Origin: Moniliella sp. 'wahieum' | Taxonomy: Eukaryota | Assembly (NCBI GenBank): GCA_003971905.1 | Contig: RSEE01000009.1 | Location: 806,001 to 870,000 of the forward strand | Direction of reading: 5' to 3' | Length of the DNA stretch: 64,000 nt | Part shown: piece by piece, positions 1-14,035 of the stretch | Layout of the letters: each line of letters starts with the position of its first letter | Numbering within the stretch: position 1 is the stretch's first letter | Notes under the pieces: generated by a model | Told to the model about the DNA's origin: nothing | Databases searched by the model: none | The model's input: the letters and a program-made list of their open reading frames with translations, nothing else | Program-made: the position numbers and the translations under genes

Positions 1-1311
1 GAGGGCGGTTCGTCAACTTCGACAGGAGTCTCACCACGGGCTCCGGCTCAGGTATCAACGTTGATACGTCCTGTGTCCCTCGGGCGGCGAGAGGCGTGTG
101 TTAGTCCGACTGGGACCTCCTTTTGGTGCAGGAGGAAGGCATTCCGGAGTGGCAGTGCTGGCTCAACAGAAAGATGATGTGGCGGGAAAGGTGGTGGGCA
201 GGGGCATGCGGTCCGCGCAAAAGGGATGCAGCTCTGTGGTCGCTTCACCACCAAGGGTCGAATTGAGGGCCTGTGGCGCCGCTGATTCATGGATCATCGA
301 TCATCATGCATCACCCCAAAAAAGCGAAGCATAATGCTGGAGGTGGAATCATTAATCAGCGATTATCGATTAGAACACAGAGAGTAAGTTAGTACCTTGG
401 CGCGCTCAACGTGCTCAACGTTGAGCTCAACGTTGAGCTCACCAGAAACACAAAGGGGTGGTTGATTATGGCATACTGTGCCCTGCGACGTGAGGCGCGT
501 GTGAGGGGTAGGATCGCTCGAGGGGAGGAAGCATTATTTACCGTTCATCTCGCTCGTCGCTCGTGGCTCGTCCCGTTTGTTGAGCCATCAGGTGGCTCGT
601 GCTTTGGCCAATGTCCTTCAGTTCCTCCTCAGGCCTAGGAGTTCCGTTGTTTTTTTCTCTCCTGTTTTTCCTTGTTCCGCAGCTTAGCCCCTGGTGGCGA
701 CTCGCTGCTTGATGTTCCTCTGTACGCGTTGCTGGTTGGCTTACACCACCACCACCACCACTAGTGCGATTGCATCACCCTCGAGGACCATCTGGACTCC
801 AGGTCTCATCACCGTTGCCCTCGGGCTGAAGTGCAAAATGAGCCCCACATACTGCCTGAGGCCCTGAGGCCTGTGGCACATGATGCATGATGCATGATGC
901 ATGATGGCGCAGCCCGTCACCCGTGGAGCTGCCGCGATGTGGAGTAGGATTCAACCAGAAATCGGGGAAATGAACGCATGCGAATTTGGCAGATATATCC
1001 CTGGCGCAAATGCATGAGGCCTGATGAGGTTAAGCTAAACATTCTATATAGAGAATGGGACAATGGTGTGCACACTACCTTCGTCATATGTGACTTTAAA
1101 GCTAAGTGTGCCGGGAACTTGGGTTCATCCCAGACAATTAAACCCCGCAGCCGTGAAAGAAGGGACAAAGGTGAAATGGTGGCCTGCGTCATTCTCTGTA
1201 GCGCTGCATATATTGTATTGTCACCGCGTGTACGAGAGAGAAGAGAAACCAAGAAAGCGATGATACGTAAGTGAGGTCTGGCAGACAACGATGAAATAGT
1301 GCAAACATGGA

Positions 1312-3383
1312 TTACATCTTGGACAAGTCGCGGCCAAAGATGCCACGTTTAACATAGTCCACCGTCAAAAGCAAGCGGGTACGCCAATCAACTTGCTCCG
1401 AAAGGTAAAATGAGCGCCACACGTACATGGCCACCAACCTCCAGCAAATTGGCCCACCCTTTCAGGCAGGAATGGAATGTCAAACGCTGCTGCATTGCCA
1501 ATGTAGGCCAAGCTGCCCAAGTTGCGGAACTTGAACGGAGGATAGTTGTTATCCTCCCACTTGGCAGGCTTGGCCACCGGGTTGACGGAATTCAAGTCGT
1601 CAGATACACTGGAATTCCTGGTCGCAAGCTCCTGATCCCGAGCGGTGGCTAGGTCGTTGAGCATACCCCCTAAATACGCCCCTGCTGTGATGCGGTCTGG
1701 GCGGTGGCAGGGTAGGCGGTAATGTTGTTCTGCAGACCGAGGAGGAGGGAGGCAAGCTCATTGATAGACAGCTGTTGTCCTGGTCTTCGTCGTATTTTTG
1801 GAACAGACGGTCCAGTTTCTGGAAATGGCGTGTGGCCAGCGGGTAATGCACACTGATCTTGTTACAACCGGACGAATTCTGAGTAGGACAAGAGGCCGTT
1901 GCAGTTGCCGTCAAAACGGTCCACCCACTCGTACAGATGGTCAATCAACCGATTGTCAATCGTTGCCGCATCCCCAAGTGCGTACATCGTGCCCGGAATG
2001 CTCCCTTTCACGCGGAGATACGAATCCACCATAAGTGCCTTGAGATGGAACTGATTAGGGAGGACCTGCGTCAAACGACGGGTGAATGGGTTCATGGCAA
2101 TCCCTGTCGACCAAAGAGTAAAGCCCGAGGGGATCTCAAACTCTTCCAGGGTATTGTCATCCTTGCGCACCGTGTAGACAACCTTGTCGGGAGCGATCAG
2201 CTTGACCCGGGCGTTGGTGATTAGTTGTACGCGTCGCGAGAGAACTTGCTTCGGCATATTGCGAGATCTTTTCGGCGTACGTGTTGAGAATGTGCTCTCG
2301 CGATTGGATGACAGACACCTTGACCTGGGCCGGGATGATCTTGGGATAGAGATGCTGGACGTCTTCGTTGATCATGTCGAAAATTTCGGCGGCGGTCTCG
2401 ACTCCTGTCGGCCCGCCGCCACACACAACAAAACTCAGCAGCTGATCCCGCTCTTCCGGAGTCGTAGTCGGCAGTGAAGCAATTTCCAGATTGTTAACGA
2501 TCTTGGCCCGAATCGCACGGACTTGGGGGATGGTTTTGAGTTGGTACGAGTGTTCCAACCCAGGAACGCCATGCGTGTTGGTCACGCTGCCACAGGCAAT
2601 GACCAGCTTGTCGTATGGCACATACACATGCTTGGTTAGGTTGTCCCCCCCATTCTCGGCATCCTGATCCCCATCAATGACCGCCACCTCGAGTAGGTGC
2701 GACTCTTTTTTCTCTCAGGGTGCCTCGAGCTGAGAAGGGATCACCACATCGACGGCTTTGCCTTGTAAATAGTGCCCATCAACCCGTTTCAGGATCCGGC
2801 GCAACCCCTCCACCAGCGAGCGGGGCTCCACCGTGCCTACGGCGGCAGAGGGAAGGAGGGAGTAAGAGAAGAGTAATTGGTCGGGGACACAACAGTCACA
2901 TGGTACTTGTCCGGATCCAGCGCTTGAATTAGCGCAACCGCACCCCAGCCTCCGCCAACAATGACCAGATGCTCCTTCCGAGCCAGTTGGGCCGATTGCT
3001 CATCATCCGCATCGTCCACTTGGGTGGACAAGATGGGCAAGCGTTTCGGACCGCCCACCTGTGGCTTCAAAGCCAATTCGGGGAGGGTCACATTGCCGAC
3101 ATGGCGCTCAGTATAGGTAGTGAAATCGTAAGCCATCAAGAGCACCACAGTTGCTGTCAGGCCAAAGACGATGCTCCCCGTTCCCAGAAGAGTATTTGAG
3201 AACTGGGTGCCGAGCCCAAAAGCCCAAGCGTCGAGGTAAAGCTGGTGGCGGTGAAGGTCCTTGCTCATTGACCAGAAGAGGCTGCGAGGTGGAAAAGGCG
3301 CGCCAGGACGCAGTCCGAAGAGGCCGAACCGCCGAAAGTGCAACGATAGGCGTAGCAGCTCTCATAGGACCGCCATTCCACAT
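1312..3383 (-). CDS. Mitochondrial external type II NAD(P)H dehydrogenase with EF-hands (NDE/NDH-2 family), split by frameshifts
   Basis: Joined ORF pieces show a mitochondrial-type presequence, HLVIVGGGWG (FAD), YDKLVIACGS, FVVCGGGPTGVE (NADH), YALGDAAT, EF-hand-like DGNCNGLLSYSE, FRNLGSLAYIG and C-terminal GIFGRDLSKM* (stop 1312-1314). Confidence 0.9.
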
Positions 3384-4914
3384 GGCTCTTCGAAAGGGGT
3401 AGCATTACGCTCCGTGAGAATTGGGGGGGAGGTATAGCGATCTGAAGAGAGATGGTGGAAGTAGGCGTAGAGGTGTGAAGCCGCGTGGTATAGGGATGGA
3501 AGTGTGGCTGCTCTCCCGCAACGGGGGTCTATGTTGGACGTTAGCGTGTTCGGTGTGCAACGGCGCGAGTGAGAGATCGGGAGGATGATGTCAATGATCG
3601 ATGAGGCATCTTCGGCATCTCTCGAGTGTCGGGAAATGCTATCCAGACGTCTGTCTCACAAGACCAAAGTTTTTCTGGTTGTTGTCCCTCGCACATCACC
3701 TGCATCACCGGCATTGGCCCCCTATCTACCTTTCGGTGGAGCAGACATGTGACATTTACTGATTTAACTCTCGTTTAACGCTTAACAGGCCCGAGGATTA
3801 ACATATCTCGATCAAGCTGATCAAGCAATAATCTGATTGGCATCGGTGAGTACACGATTCGCATATTCGGACACGAAGGGAGGTGGCGCGCGCGTCATAC
3901 TGGTTTGGGTTATTTTTAGCAGGAGGTCTCTCCGATTTAAAAGGGGAAAAGAGCCACGCTGTGCTGCCCTCATCGACCTCATCTACACATCTGCCCTTTT
4001 CACCTTCGTATCCATCTTCGTCCACGATACACACGTTTCCACACGGGTGTCCACAATTGCTACTATGTTTACTAGACAGTCACTAATAGTTAACCGGAGG
4101 CCTGCATGAGTATTTGTCACAGGTGCAGACAGCCTACTACGGATGCAGAGGAAGAAGGCAAGACGGCAGATCCATCTCAAAAGACGGGGAGTGCTGGCAG
4201 GAACTAGCAGGATTTTAGAGACTATGACCCATTGCCGTCTGTAATAAGCCTACCTGATCTTCTTTGTCGGAATATAATGGTTTGCCTCAATACGCCAAAT
4301 CCGCGCCTTCCTGCAGTATAGTAGTAAGTATATCGGGGGTACCGGCTGGTACCGGAGATTCAATTGCTGGCTCAGAACCTGCGCTGCGGGATGATTGTGA
4401 ACTGCGACTGAAGGGTTGCCAGACGCCTTCAGAGAGGATTCAAATTCAGTGCTCAGTTCGTCGTCAGCATCCATGTGGCAGAGGCTACACAACGATCATT
4501 GATCAGATGGATAACACGAACATTACTGTCACTTATCACAACCTCGTTCTGCGCCCGCCCAGAACATTCATCACGCATTATGTTTGTCTTGCGAGCCATC
4601 GGGCACGCAACCAGAGACCGGCATAGCAAGCAGCCGCAGTTGGGGTTATCCGGAATATAAAACTCACTACCTCAGGACTGAGCCTCAGTACTCAGACTCA
4701 CTGCTCATTCAGGCTCAGGGCGCTCAGGCCCCACTCCATCCCAACAAGGAGAATGCAAAACGGGTTTGGTTGGATGGCACAGGACGAGCGGCATCACTGG
4801 GTAGGGAGACATGACAAGGAATGATTAATGATGGTAGGAGCAAAGGAGGGGCGGGGAGGTACCAAAGGGCGGCGCCGCAGTCGTGTGATAACGGGAACAC
4901 GTCATTCGAGCCGA

Positions 4915-7363
4915 TCAAACATTGGGCTTGATGAAGTGCAACGTCCAGGTAGCCAGTAGCTGATGGCTTCTTGCTTCCTCTGGGGTCAGAGGCCAGCCAT
5001 ATGTGAGCGGGGCAATCCACCAGAAACCGGCAATGATAAGCCCCACCAGTCCCATCAGGATGGAGAGGGAGGTGGATTCTACCCAGTTGAACAAGGCGCG
5101 GCGGGTGTGGGTAAGCGGGTCGTCGCGCAAGCCGGGTCCGGGGCGCGAGATGGGGAAGTTGATCGTCTCGGTCAGGACAAAGTTAACAACTGTACCAGCC
5201 ATAAGACAAGCGAGGATGTTGGCTGGAAGGTAGTGGTGAAGAAACAGTTGCCGGTTCATCAGGTAAAAGGGGAGGTAGTGCCAAAGCCAGGCCACAAAAA
5301 TAAACCCGCCCGAAGAAAGCAGTCGGCCACGGATGGCCGAGGCAATAGGGTAGATTCCTCGTTGACGAGCAAGAGCATCGGCCAACATAATGCCGATAAA
5401 CATGCTGAGAGAAAGGGTACCAATGTACCAAGAGACAGGATTGCCAATCATATAGATCTGTTCTTGCTTGTCCCCATTTGTCCAGAACGAGATGCCAGAG
5501 ATGAGGAACGGCCAGTTGAGTGGGCCAGAGGCATAAGGGTGGGATGAGGTGAGAAGGTTGTTCTGATGCAGCATTGTCAACTGTAGCTCAGCCCTTCTTG
5601 AAGAAGTTCATCTTGGTTCCTTCTTGGGCGGCAGGGGCTTGATCCGTTCCTCATAATCGTCCGCCAACTCATCCGGGTACAATTCATCGACCACCCACAA
5701 CGCCGATTTGTCGAACACATTCTTGTTACCGTTCACTTCTTGATGCTTGAATCCCCACTCGGGCAGAAGCTCATCGTCATGTGTCCAAAGCGAAACGCGG
5801 GTCGGGACATGAACCAAGTGCACGCTTGACGCTTTGGACTTCCACGCAACCTCAGTATCCTTTCCCGCACCATCAATGTGCAGCTCAAAGAGCGTGTCAT
5901 TGTAGCGACTGGTGTCGTTCCAAGGCCAGGTGGTGAACTCCTCGTTGGTCGCGATCAATGGAGCGGCCACATCGTGGCTCATGAGAACCGATTCAGTGTT
6001 GACATGCAAGAGGCGAACAATATCCTTGTTGCGTACTACCGCCTCTTCGCCACTGTACCGTCAGGAAGTGACTTGACCGGGACGACCTCCCAAAGATTGT
6101 TCGTGTCGTTGAATGGATAGGCAGTCACTTGCTGGCCTTGCGAACTGATCCTTCCGTCATCGTACCGAAGCGGGTAGGTGTCCCAATGCGAGTGAAGGAA
6201 GGCCTCCGTAGCTTTGTCCTTCAGTACGATCCGGTCGCCATAGTGAATCTCACGCGCCTCCGCCAACAATGGGTTCCCCTCGAGCGTTTCTTGAAACTCA
6301 GACGACATGAACGCGTCACCAGTTCCACTCCGGGTCAGGATGGCAAAGTGGACCCAGAACCAAAAGATGTAAACGACAGCCGGCCAGAGAATCAGACCCA
6401 CGGCACGGGCAGCAAAGTGTTTAGCGAAGTCATTCTGTGCAAAAAGTGGCCAATGAGCAAGTGGGTCCAAATAAAAGCGTGCGTCGAAAGCAGTTACGCA
6501 CCAGACTCTTGCCTCGCCGGTAATCGAGTAAATTCCATAGGTCCCACACGACAGCCGTTCCAACACTAAATATGGTTAATAGTCCCACCATCTTGCACGA
6601 CATGGTTAGCGCCAGGTTTGCGCCCGTCATAAACATCCAGAACCACCAGCGCGCCGAACTCATTGTAGCGCTCCTTGTAGAACTTGATGAAGCGTAGATT
6701 GAAGTGGTCATAAAGAGCACAAGGGCAGCGTCGAGTAGGATGAGACGGTCTTGAACAATGTGTCCGTTCTCAAAGAGCACGAGGCAGGCAGTAAAGGTGG
6801 CAATGGCCTGGCCGTAGCCCGATTCGCGCATGATGGCGTACGCAAGCGGAACGAGCAGTGAACCGAGGAAGGCAGGGCCGGCCCGCATACGTACGTACGG
6901 CACATTGTTCTCGACGTACTTGTCACCAATGTCGACAAACTCAAACTTGCCGTCAAACCCAGCAAGCCAGGCAACAGCAGCGTTGATGAGCTTGGCCAAG
7001 GGAGGGTGGACGTCAAAAAAGTACTCGCGGCGGAGATAGTAGGCGGCAAATTTGCCAAAGTGGACCTCGTCAAATACCACCTCGGGGGTGTTGGATGTAG
7101 TAGAAGCGCAAGGCAAAGGCGCCAGCCAAAAGGAGAAGCATAACAGGCACATCGGTGCGATTGCGGTAGATGGCGGGGTTGACGGGCGCGTAGCGCTTGA
7201 GGCGAGATTCGGGGACCGCCGGGGCAATCGCGGCGACGCCGCTACCGGCAGGGGCTGGGGCGCAAGCGGCGGAAGCCGAAGCTGGTGCAGACGCAGGCGG
7301 TGGTGGCGAGGCAGCGTCGGTGGGCTCAGGCGCGTCCGCGCCCGAAGCCACAGAGGAGCTCAT
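4915..7363 (-). CDS. PMT4: Dolichyl-phosphate-mannose:protein O-mannosyltransferase, PMT4 subfamily
   Basis: VVFDEVHFGKFAAYYLRREYFFDVHPPLAKL; MIR-domain LHSHWDTYPLRYDDGRISSQGQQVTAY; HPYASGPLNWPFL; RQLFLHHYLP. One intron at about 6435-6501 (GTGCGT..CAG on the minus strand) and several frameshifts. Confidence 0.9.
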
Positions 7364-8198
7364 GGTGGTTGGCGGCACCGCCGCAGACCTCCGCCTGCCC
7401 GCGTCTGGCCACGTTGCCCCAGGTGGCGTGTTGGACGCGCGCCTGGCTGCGACGGAATATGAAACGTTTCATTCATCGGGCACTCGCCGGTCCCGGCCCT
7501 GGCCTGGCTGATACGATGCGCCTGTACGTAACCACTCCAGGCACAGACACTGGCCGCCTGCTATCGGCTGTTTTTGGACGTGTTACGGCGTTGAAGCTTG
7601 AAGACGGTGAAGCACGACTCCCTTCCTTTGTGGGCCGAACACAGCAGGGTGGGGCAGATGGCGCTGGCCGGTGGCTGGCCCAACTTCTCCGACAGCCTCA
7701 GACCTCAGCTCCTGAGGCCTTACATGTTACACCTCTCATGTATTCCAACCAGAAGCCGGTTTCGGCTAGGTTAGCTACGTGCCTGGCCGGCTCGGCCAGC
7801 CCTTGTGTCCCGAAAGAAACATGATCGATGATCGCCGTCCAACCCATATTCCACGTGCAATGTACGTTCAACTGACTTTTGTACTGAGACTGGGTATCAG
7901 TAATACTCAGTGCCAGTACTCGGTACTCAGCTGTGGCGCGCTGACAGGCGCGCGGACCTCCGCCCAGGCCTCAGGCTCTCACTACTAGTCACTTCAAGCT
8001 TCAGGCAGGCCTCTGGCCTGAGGCCTGAGGCCTTTCAGGGCCTCTCAGATCTCAGGGGCCACCGCGGATCCACACCCCGCAGTTTCACAGCCAGCCCCCC
8101 TTTCCCCTTCTTCCCTCTCTCGTCCTCACCACCACCGCCACTATTCCCACCACCACCTTCGTTTGCACCCTCTCACACAGATCCATCACTTCATCACC

Positions 8199-9294
8199 AT
8201 GCTCACCCAAGGGCCCAAGGATCTCCCTGCACTTCTCCCCAAGCCGTCGACGGAACCGCAACAACACCCACCCTCCCCCCGCCGCCGATCGCTCAGGGCC
8301 CATTCTTGTCTCCTCCTCCTCGTTGCCAGCTCGTTGGTCCTGTATACCCATCTGCCCAGCCTCTCTGCGCTCCGCCCATGGAATTCCCCCGGCGCTTGGG
8401 CTGCTTCGAATTTTGCTGAGGCCCAACAACGCACTCCTTGCGGCCCCTTCAACCTGCCTCCTCACCCTCCTCTTGATGTCGACCTTACTCCCACTCTTAC
8501 TCCTGTTTCCGCTCTCTCTGGATCTGTCTCTGCCCCTGTGTCTACTTTTGTTTCTACCTCGTCTTGGCCACTGCCTCCGCTTCTGCCTCCGCCTCTGCCG
8601 TTGCAGCTGGAGAATCCGGAATGAGAATGGTGCCCGTGTCATTCCAAACCGTTCTCTCCGTACCGGAGCGCACTACAAAGGTGGAACGTACGGCCCTTTT
8701 GTTTCAAGCGCTTTCCGGAAGCAAAAAGGTTCCAGCACAATGGGCCGATTGGCTTTTCCCATCTACCCGTCCGGCACAGATCACGGCGCTGGAGCGCTTG
8801 GTGCAACTCGGCCGGGCCACGCCTGAAGATGCGAAGCTAGTGTGTATTCACGTTTTTCCCCCGGGCGGTCCATGCGATGTAGCATGTCACTTTGTCTGAC
8901 CTTTGCTTGGCCCAGTATCGTCGTGACCCGCTCGCTTGGTCCAATCAACACGGACGCCGAGGTTTAACCCTCTTTCACGATTCTAGTTCCGAGTCAGAGC
9001 AATTGGTGCGTCTGCTGGACCGAATGGGCGCTACCTATACCTCTCTTCGTATGGACCAAGGTACGTTTTTCCTGTTGGCATATATGCCATGTGATCGAAC
9101 TTTTCTTGTACTTACACCGGTATATCATTCACACCAGACCCGCGCTTGTGGACGTCCTCCACTTCCTTACAGGGGATGAAAGGGGGCCCATGCTATTTAC
9201 AGGAACCTCCCGTGTGGGTGGGCTGAGCACAGTGCAGGCCCTGAACTACCATCGCGTGCTCCATGGCATTCTCGACGCCGCCGAAGCCCTGTAA
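8199..9294 (+). CDS. Hypothetical protein with an N-terminal hydrophobic segment and possible glutaredoxin-like C-terminus
   Basis: ATG at 8199, hydrophobic LLLLVASSLVLY, and intron-like GTACGT..CAG at about 9061-9137. C-terminal LHFLTGDERGPMLFTGTSRVGG resembles the Grx P..F..G..GG pattern but no CxxC is seen. Confidence 0.4.
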
Positions 9295-10144
9295 CTTCGT
9301 CGCGTTTTTACCGTTTTCATGTGTGCTGTTCCCGTGTGCTTTGCTTGTTACGTGTATTGGGCACTTTTGTGATCGGTCTTGTCATTCGTTTCTTGCATGT
9401 TTTGCATTGGGCCTTGGCGTGGAAGCCTCGCTTCCTACTTCATCGCACTCTGTTGCATAATATCTCTTCTCTACGTCCGTTTTTTCCCTCTTCCCCCACC
9501 CCCCGTTTTTGCGATTTTGTCCCCGTTCCTTCTTCCTTTTGCGTAAGAGCTACCTTGTCACCGTTTGTGTCCTGGAGGTCTTGAAGGATTATTACTTCAA
9601 GCTTCAAGATTTACGAGTTGCTACGTTGTCTGTTGCCCTAGTAGTTAACCGAAATGCAACCTAGTAAAAGATAAGAAGGGGAAAAGGATTGGCGCCAGGT
9701 TAATATACTGGTCTAATGTGGTTGCAGAGAGACATGCATCAATTATAGAGAGGTGATCTCAATTGGCATGGGTCATCTGTAACACAGAGCGGCACCTAAT
9801 GAAGGCAACAATTACAGTGGTATTAACGCCCAGGAAGAGCTCAAAGAGCAGCAAATGGGAATGGTGGTCGATGGAGATCAAATTGCTAAGGCGTGGCGAA
9901 TCCAAGTCATCATGGAGTCGGAAACGCCACGTCAGAAAACATCACACGCGCATCACATGATGTCACTTGGAAGTGACCTTGGCCATAAATGACCAGAGGT
10001 GAACAAGTTGTGTTGAGGAATGGGTACTGTGGCGTGCATGGGTGCGCTCGACAGTGTGGAGATCCATCGGTCGGGGAGACTCAAAGAGTTCGATAAGGGA
10101 GGTGCTAGGAATATGAGGTACCAGGGCATGGAGCAAACATTGAA

Positions 10145-10216
10145 GGGCGGATAGCTCAGGGGTAGAGCGCTTGCTTAGCATGCATGAAGTCCGGGGTTCA
10201 ATTCCCTGTTCGTCCA
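10145..10216 (+). tRNA. tRNA-Ala(AGC), intronless
   Basis: Acceptor stem GGGCGGA/TTCGTCC with the G3:U70 alanine determinant, D-arm TAGCTCAGGGGTAGAGC, anticodon loop TTAGCAT, T-arm GGTTCAATTCC, and a downstream T5 Pol III terminator. Confidence 0.95.
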
Positions 10217-10563
10217 ACCTTTTTGTGGTTCTACGTTTGGTCCTGGGGCGTTTGCATGCCACTGGCGCTGTGCCAGCCTGTGGGAAAGGGGCGTACACCG
10301 CCCCGGCGCTAGCCTTGGGGTGACTAATGACTAGTGACTAGTGACTAGTGACTGGGGACCGGTGACATGGTGACACCGGCTGCCCCCCTGGGGACTAGGG
10401 TTGCTTAAGTGCAGTCAAGTTGAACGTTCAACGTTCAACCCAGGAGGGGACTGACGCGACGCGCTCGGGCGTACTTTTTATTGCCTCAGGCAGGCGCGCC
10501 TCGGCTTGGCCTGTACTCGACGCGTCCCTTCCCCCCTTGACCACATCTTCATCCGCCCTGTCC

Positions 10564-11450
10564 ATGATGCCCACCCCTTTCCGCCCCGCACGCAACCCGC
10601 CCAACGCGGCGCCCACCCCCAACCTCACCTTCTCCTCGCCGGCCGAGCCGAGACCGCAGAAGCGTGCGTCCGGTGTCGGCTCCTCGCCCGCCACACCTTT
10701 CTGGTCCGCACAAGCCGATGAGCGGGCCGGAGTCCCAGGGCGTGGTCTTTCCCCTGGTCGCGCCGGCTGTCGAAAGCGAGCCAGGGTAGGTACGCCCCCC
10801 GCGGCGCTGACCCCTGCGCGGCAGCGCACGGCGGCCCAAGCGGCCCAGTCGGTCTCGGTCCAGCGTACGTTGGAGGCGCCATCCAAATGCGCCAGCGCGC
10901 AGCATTTGCAGCGCGTGCTGGATCGGGAAGAACGGGCTTGGGAGGAAGCTTCTTTGTTCCTGCCGCGCTTGAGGCCGGGCCCGGCACAAGGAAGCGCACC
11001 GAACATCTGTCTCCTTTCGCCCCCCGGCTCGCCCAGTTGGCGTCGAGGCAAGCACCCGCCTCTTTGTCCTCCAGTTTGTTCCTCTTCCCCCTCTCGTCTC
11101 AAGGCTCAGGATGGGAGGACACAGAGAAACCTGGAAGCGGACGAAAAGTGCGCCAATGGCGAGAAAAAGGCCCCAGCTACGAACCAGACCATGGTGAGGG
11201 TGACGACGACGACGACATCTTCTCGCCCAAATCGCCATCTACGATGGACTTGTGGGCCACTCGTCGTCCCAGCCCCGTAACCCACCGAACCCCTACCTCA
11301 CCCCGAACCCTATCGCACCTTCGTGCGCTCTCAGCGGCACAGTTGCGCTGGGCCCAAGGCGGCACAAGGGGGACGGACCCTCTGCAGCTGGGCCGGGGGA
11401 GGTGCGAACTTCGGGTACGCGTTCGGCTTGGTCTGACCTATCCGATCTGA
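10564..11450 (+). CDS. Hypothetical Pro/Ser/Ala-rich protein
   Basis: Overlapping + strand ORFs (10420-11280, 10887-11450) that could be joined across a frameshift, starting MMPTPFRP. No recognised domain. Confidence 0.3.
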
Positions 11451-12159
11451 TTTGACGGGGGAGGCGGACACAAGTGACGAGGAAGCAAGCAGGGCCGGGC
11501 GTGATGTGACGCCAACGCCGACGGGGCCGACGGCGCGTCGGCTCAGGTAACGCGCATTCTCTGGCCTCTTGTTCCGGAGTTGGGGAAAATGGACTGGTAA
11601 CAATTTTATGACGATGGCATGAAGCCTGTTGTTGGTGCGAGGATCGGGATGTTGGTGCGTAGAATGACTGCCACTGGTGACAGCCTGTAGACGTTATCGT
11701 CAACTGCGCTGTGGTTGGCGTGGGTGCCAGTGGTTAGTGCAGGCCAAACCCGCTGCCGCGCTACAAAACGCGTGCTAGTAAGGACATGCGAGCACCTATT
11801 GCGGCCCATGTTCCCATAGGCTCGGCACATTCGCTTCATGCGCGCCTCCTTCAATAGCATACTACGGGCATGTTGATACAATATGCAACAGTTACACAGG
11901 CAAACAAATTTAGCAAGCGATACAGGTATGTACCGCACCAAACAAACAAACAAAGTCCGAGGATGCTCCGAGACAACCACGATCCCATCCAAGCGGAAAA
12001 CCGGTGGGTCTAAGCGCTAACAAGGCGGCACCGGCGCACGCGGAACAGGGTTAGCCAAAGTAAGAACCTGGGGCTCTGAATGACAGACAAGGCGACTGTG
12101 ATTCAGCAAGATACTGCCCAAATCCCAAGTAAGGCAAATGAGGGAAAGCTGACAACCCA

Positions 12160-14035
12160 TTACATTGTCCAAACATAGGACGACAAGCCAGGCTCAAATG
12201 TGAGTGTGGCGGTGCGTCGGTTCAGGGCGACCGTCATGGTGGTCTGGTTGGTACAGGAATTCTCCACCACCAGGCCGTACCGGCTCATGGTACGATTCCA
12301 TGGCGCAGAGAAAGCGAGGGCCTCGCCACACGATTGGCCCTTGACCATCGTTGCGTTCATCGATGTGGCCGGTCCACCGCCAAAGCGGGTGAGATCAGAG
12401 GAGGCGACGGCCATGTGTTGCATCATGATGCTCTGCAGGCTAGGTTGGACCGACGCCGGATCAATTTCGACCACGCCTTTGCAATTTTGGCACACGGTCG
12501 AGCTGAGGTGGGGCCCATTGTCGCTGTTGAGGGCGAGGTTCCAAACGAGGATCGAACTAAAGTTGTGCGACAACATGGGGAAAAATGTTTTGCGACCACC
12601 AGCGAAAGTTGGCCTGATCGGTCGACGTGGTGTCTTGGCCTGTGCACTCGGTCATGGCCATACGCAAGTTGTCCGCTTGGTCGCCAAGTGCATTGCGGAG
12701 CGATTGGGCACCGTGCCAACTCCCATTGTAGCAGTGCCAAGAGATGCCATCGACGCTGGATGCATTCTGCTTGACGAGCGTCTCGGCTGCATCATTGTGG
12801 ATAAAGTTGTCCTCTAGGCCCCAGAGAAGCGTGCCGCCGTACCCCAGTTCCCCCAGTCGGCCACGAAGCGTGTTGAGCAGCTGGATTTGCAGTCCCGTCG
12901 TCATGAGCATCGAAGGGTACGGCATCGAGTTGAACGGCTCGTTTTGCACGGACAGGGCCCATGGTTTGACCCCAAGTGCCGTATCGAACGCTTTGACGGA
13001 TTGAGCCAAGTACTCGGCCAAGCCCGATGTCATGCCATTGCTGAGTGAACCGCCATTGAGCGCATCGTTGGCCTTCATCCAAGAGGGAGGCGACCAGGGT
13101 AGGATGCTAATTTTCAGCGTTGGATTGACCGTCAGTACGTCGCAGGACGGGGAAAATGTAGGTTTCGGCGCCTTTGGCGCTGAACTTGGACAACAAATTG
13201 GACGAAGAGCCTTGGCTATCAGCAAAGGTGTAAAGGCGACTGGGCAAACTGTAATCCGACGAGCCGATTGGGACACGGATAATGTTGAGCCCCGAACGGC
13301 GATTGAAGAGTGAGTGCAGCGTGCTGTTGTACACACTCGCGTTGCTCTTCTTAATCTGCATCAGCAGTGATGCACTGGCGTCCGTCAGCGTAGCACCAAA
13401 CCCATCGATCGGCGTGTTGGGCGCAGTGCTGATGACAATGTCGGCCGCATTGGTGTTAGTACCGTTCCAGTGGATGGGCAGCGGTGACCATTCGAACGGG
13501 TTGGCCAGGGCACTATATGATGACTGTGTCGTTTGCCCCACATGATCAGTGCCTACATTAACGGGTCATGTGGCGGGAATAGGAAGAGTTTTGATATACG
13601 TACAGTGTAGTATCCACTCTCGAGCATCCCAGCCTGGGAATCGTCCTGGCCGGCAGGAACAGCCACTTGGTTCCCGCCCGGAAGATTGAAGGCATAATCG
13701 ACTGGCTTGGTTTTCTTGTTGTTGTGGAGTCCGACACCAAGGCCAACACCAAGCTGGAGAGAGGGACAAGACGGATGTTTGGAGGATCAGACACGTCCAG
13801 GTGGCCACATGGAGTAGCGGCGACGGGGCGGGGGGGAAGGATGAGAGACGGGACGTACTGCGACGGCTAGGACGATAACGATGCCCACCAGAGTGAGGAG
13901 GAGCCAGAGGAGGCGGCGGCGGCGGCGGAGCGGGGTCTTGGGCTGGGACATGGCAGGTGGGGGGTAGGCGGGAGTAGAATCTTTGGTTTCGAAGGGCGCA
14001 CCGGTGGATTGGCCAAGTGTCGAGGCGGATGCCAT
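12160..14035 (-). CDS. Glycoside hydrolase family 30 (endo-beta-1,6-glucanase/glucosylceramidase-like) with a type II membrane anchor
   Basis: IDGFGATLTDASA, IIRVPIGSSDY, PWSPPSWMK, SVQNEP (acid/base), MTEC (nucleophile), WNLAL. N-terminal RRRRRLLWLLLTLVGIVIVLAVAV anchor. Frameshifted. Confidence 0.85.

Noticed and set aside
1..290. Possible 5' part of a minus-strand gene (ACTAAC..CAG intron end near 68-105)
   Set aside because: Too little sequence is in the window and there is no recognisable product.
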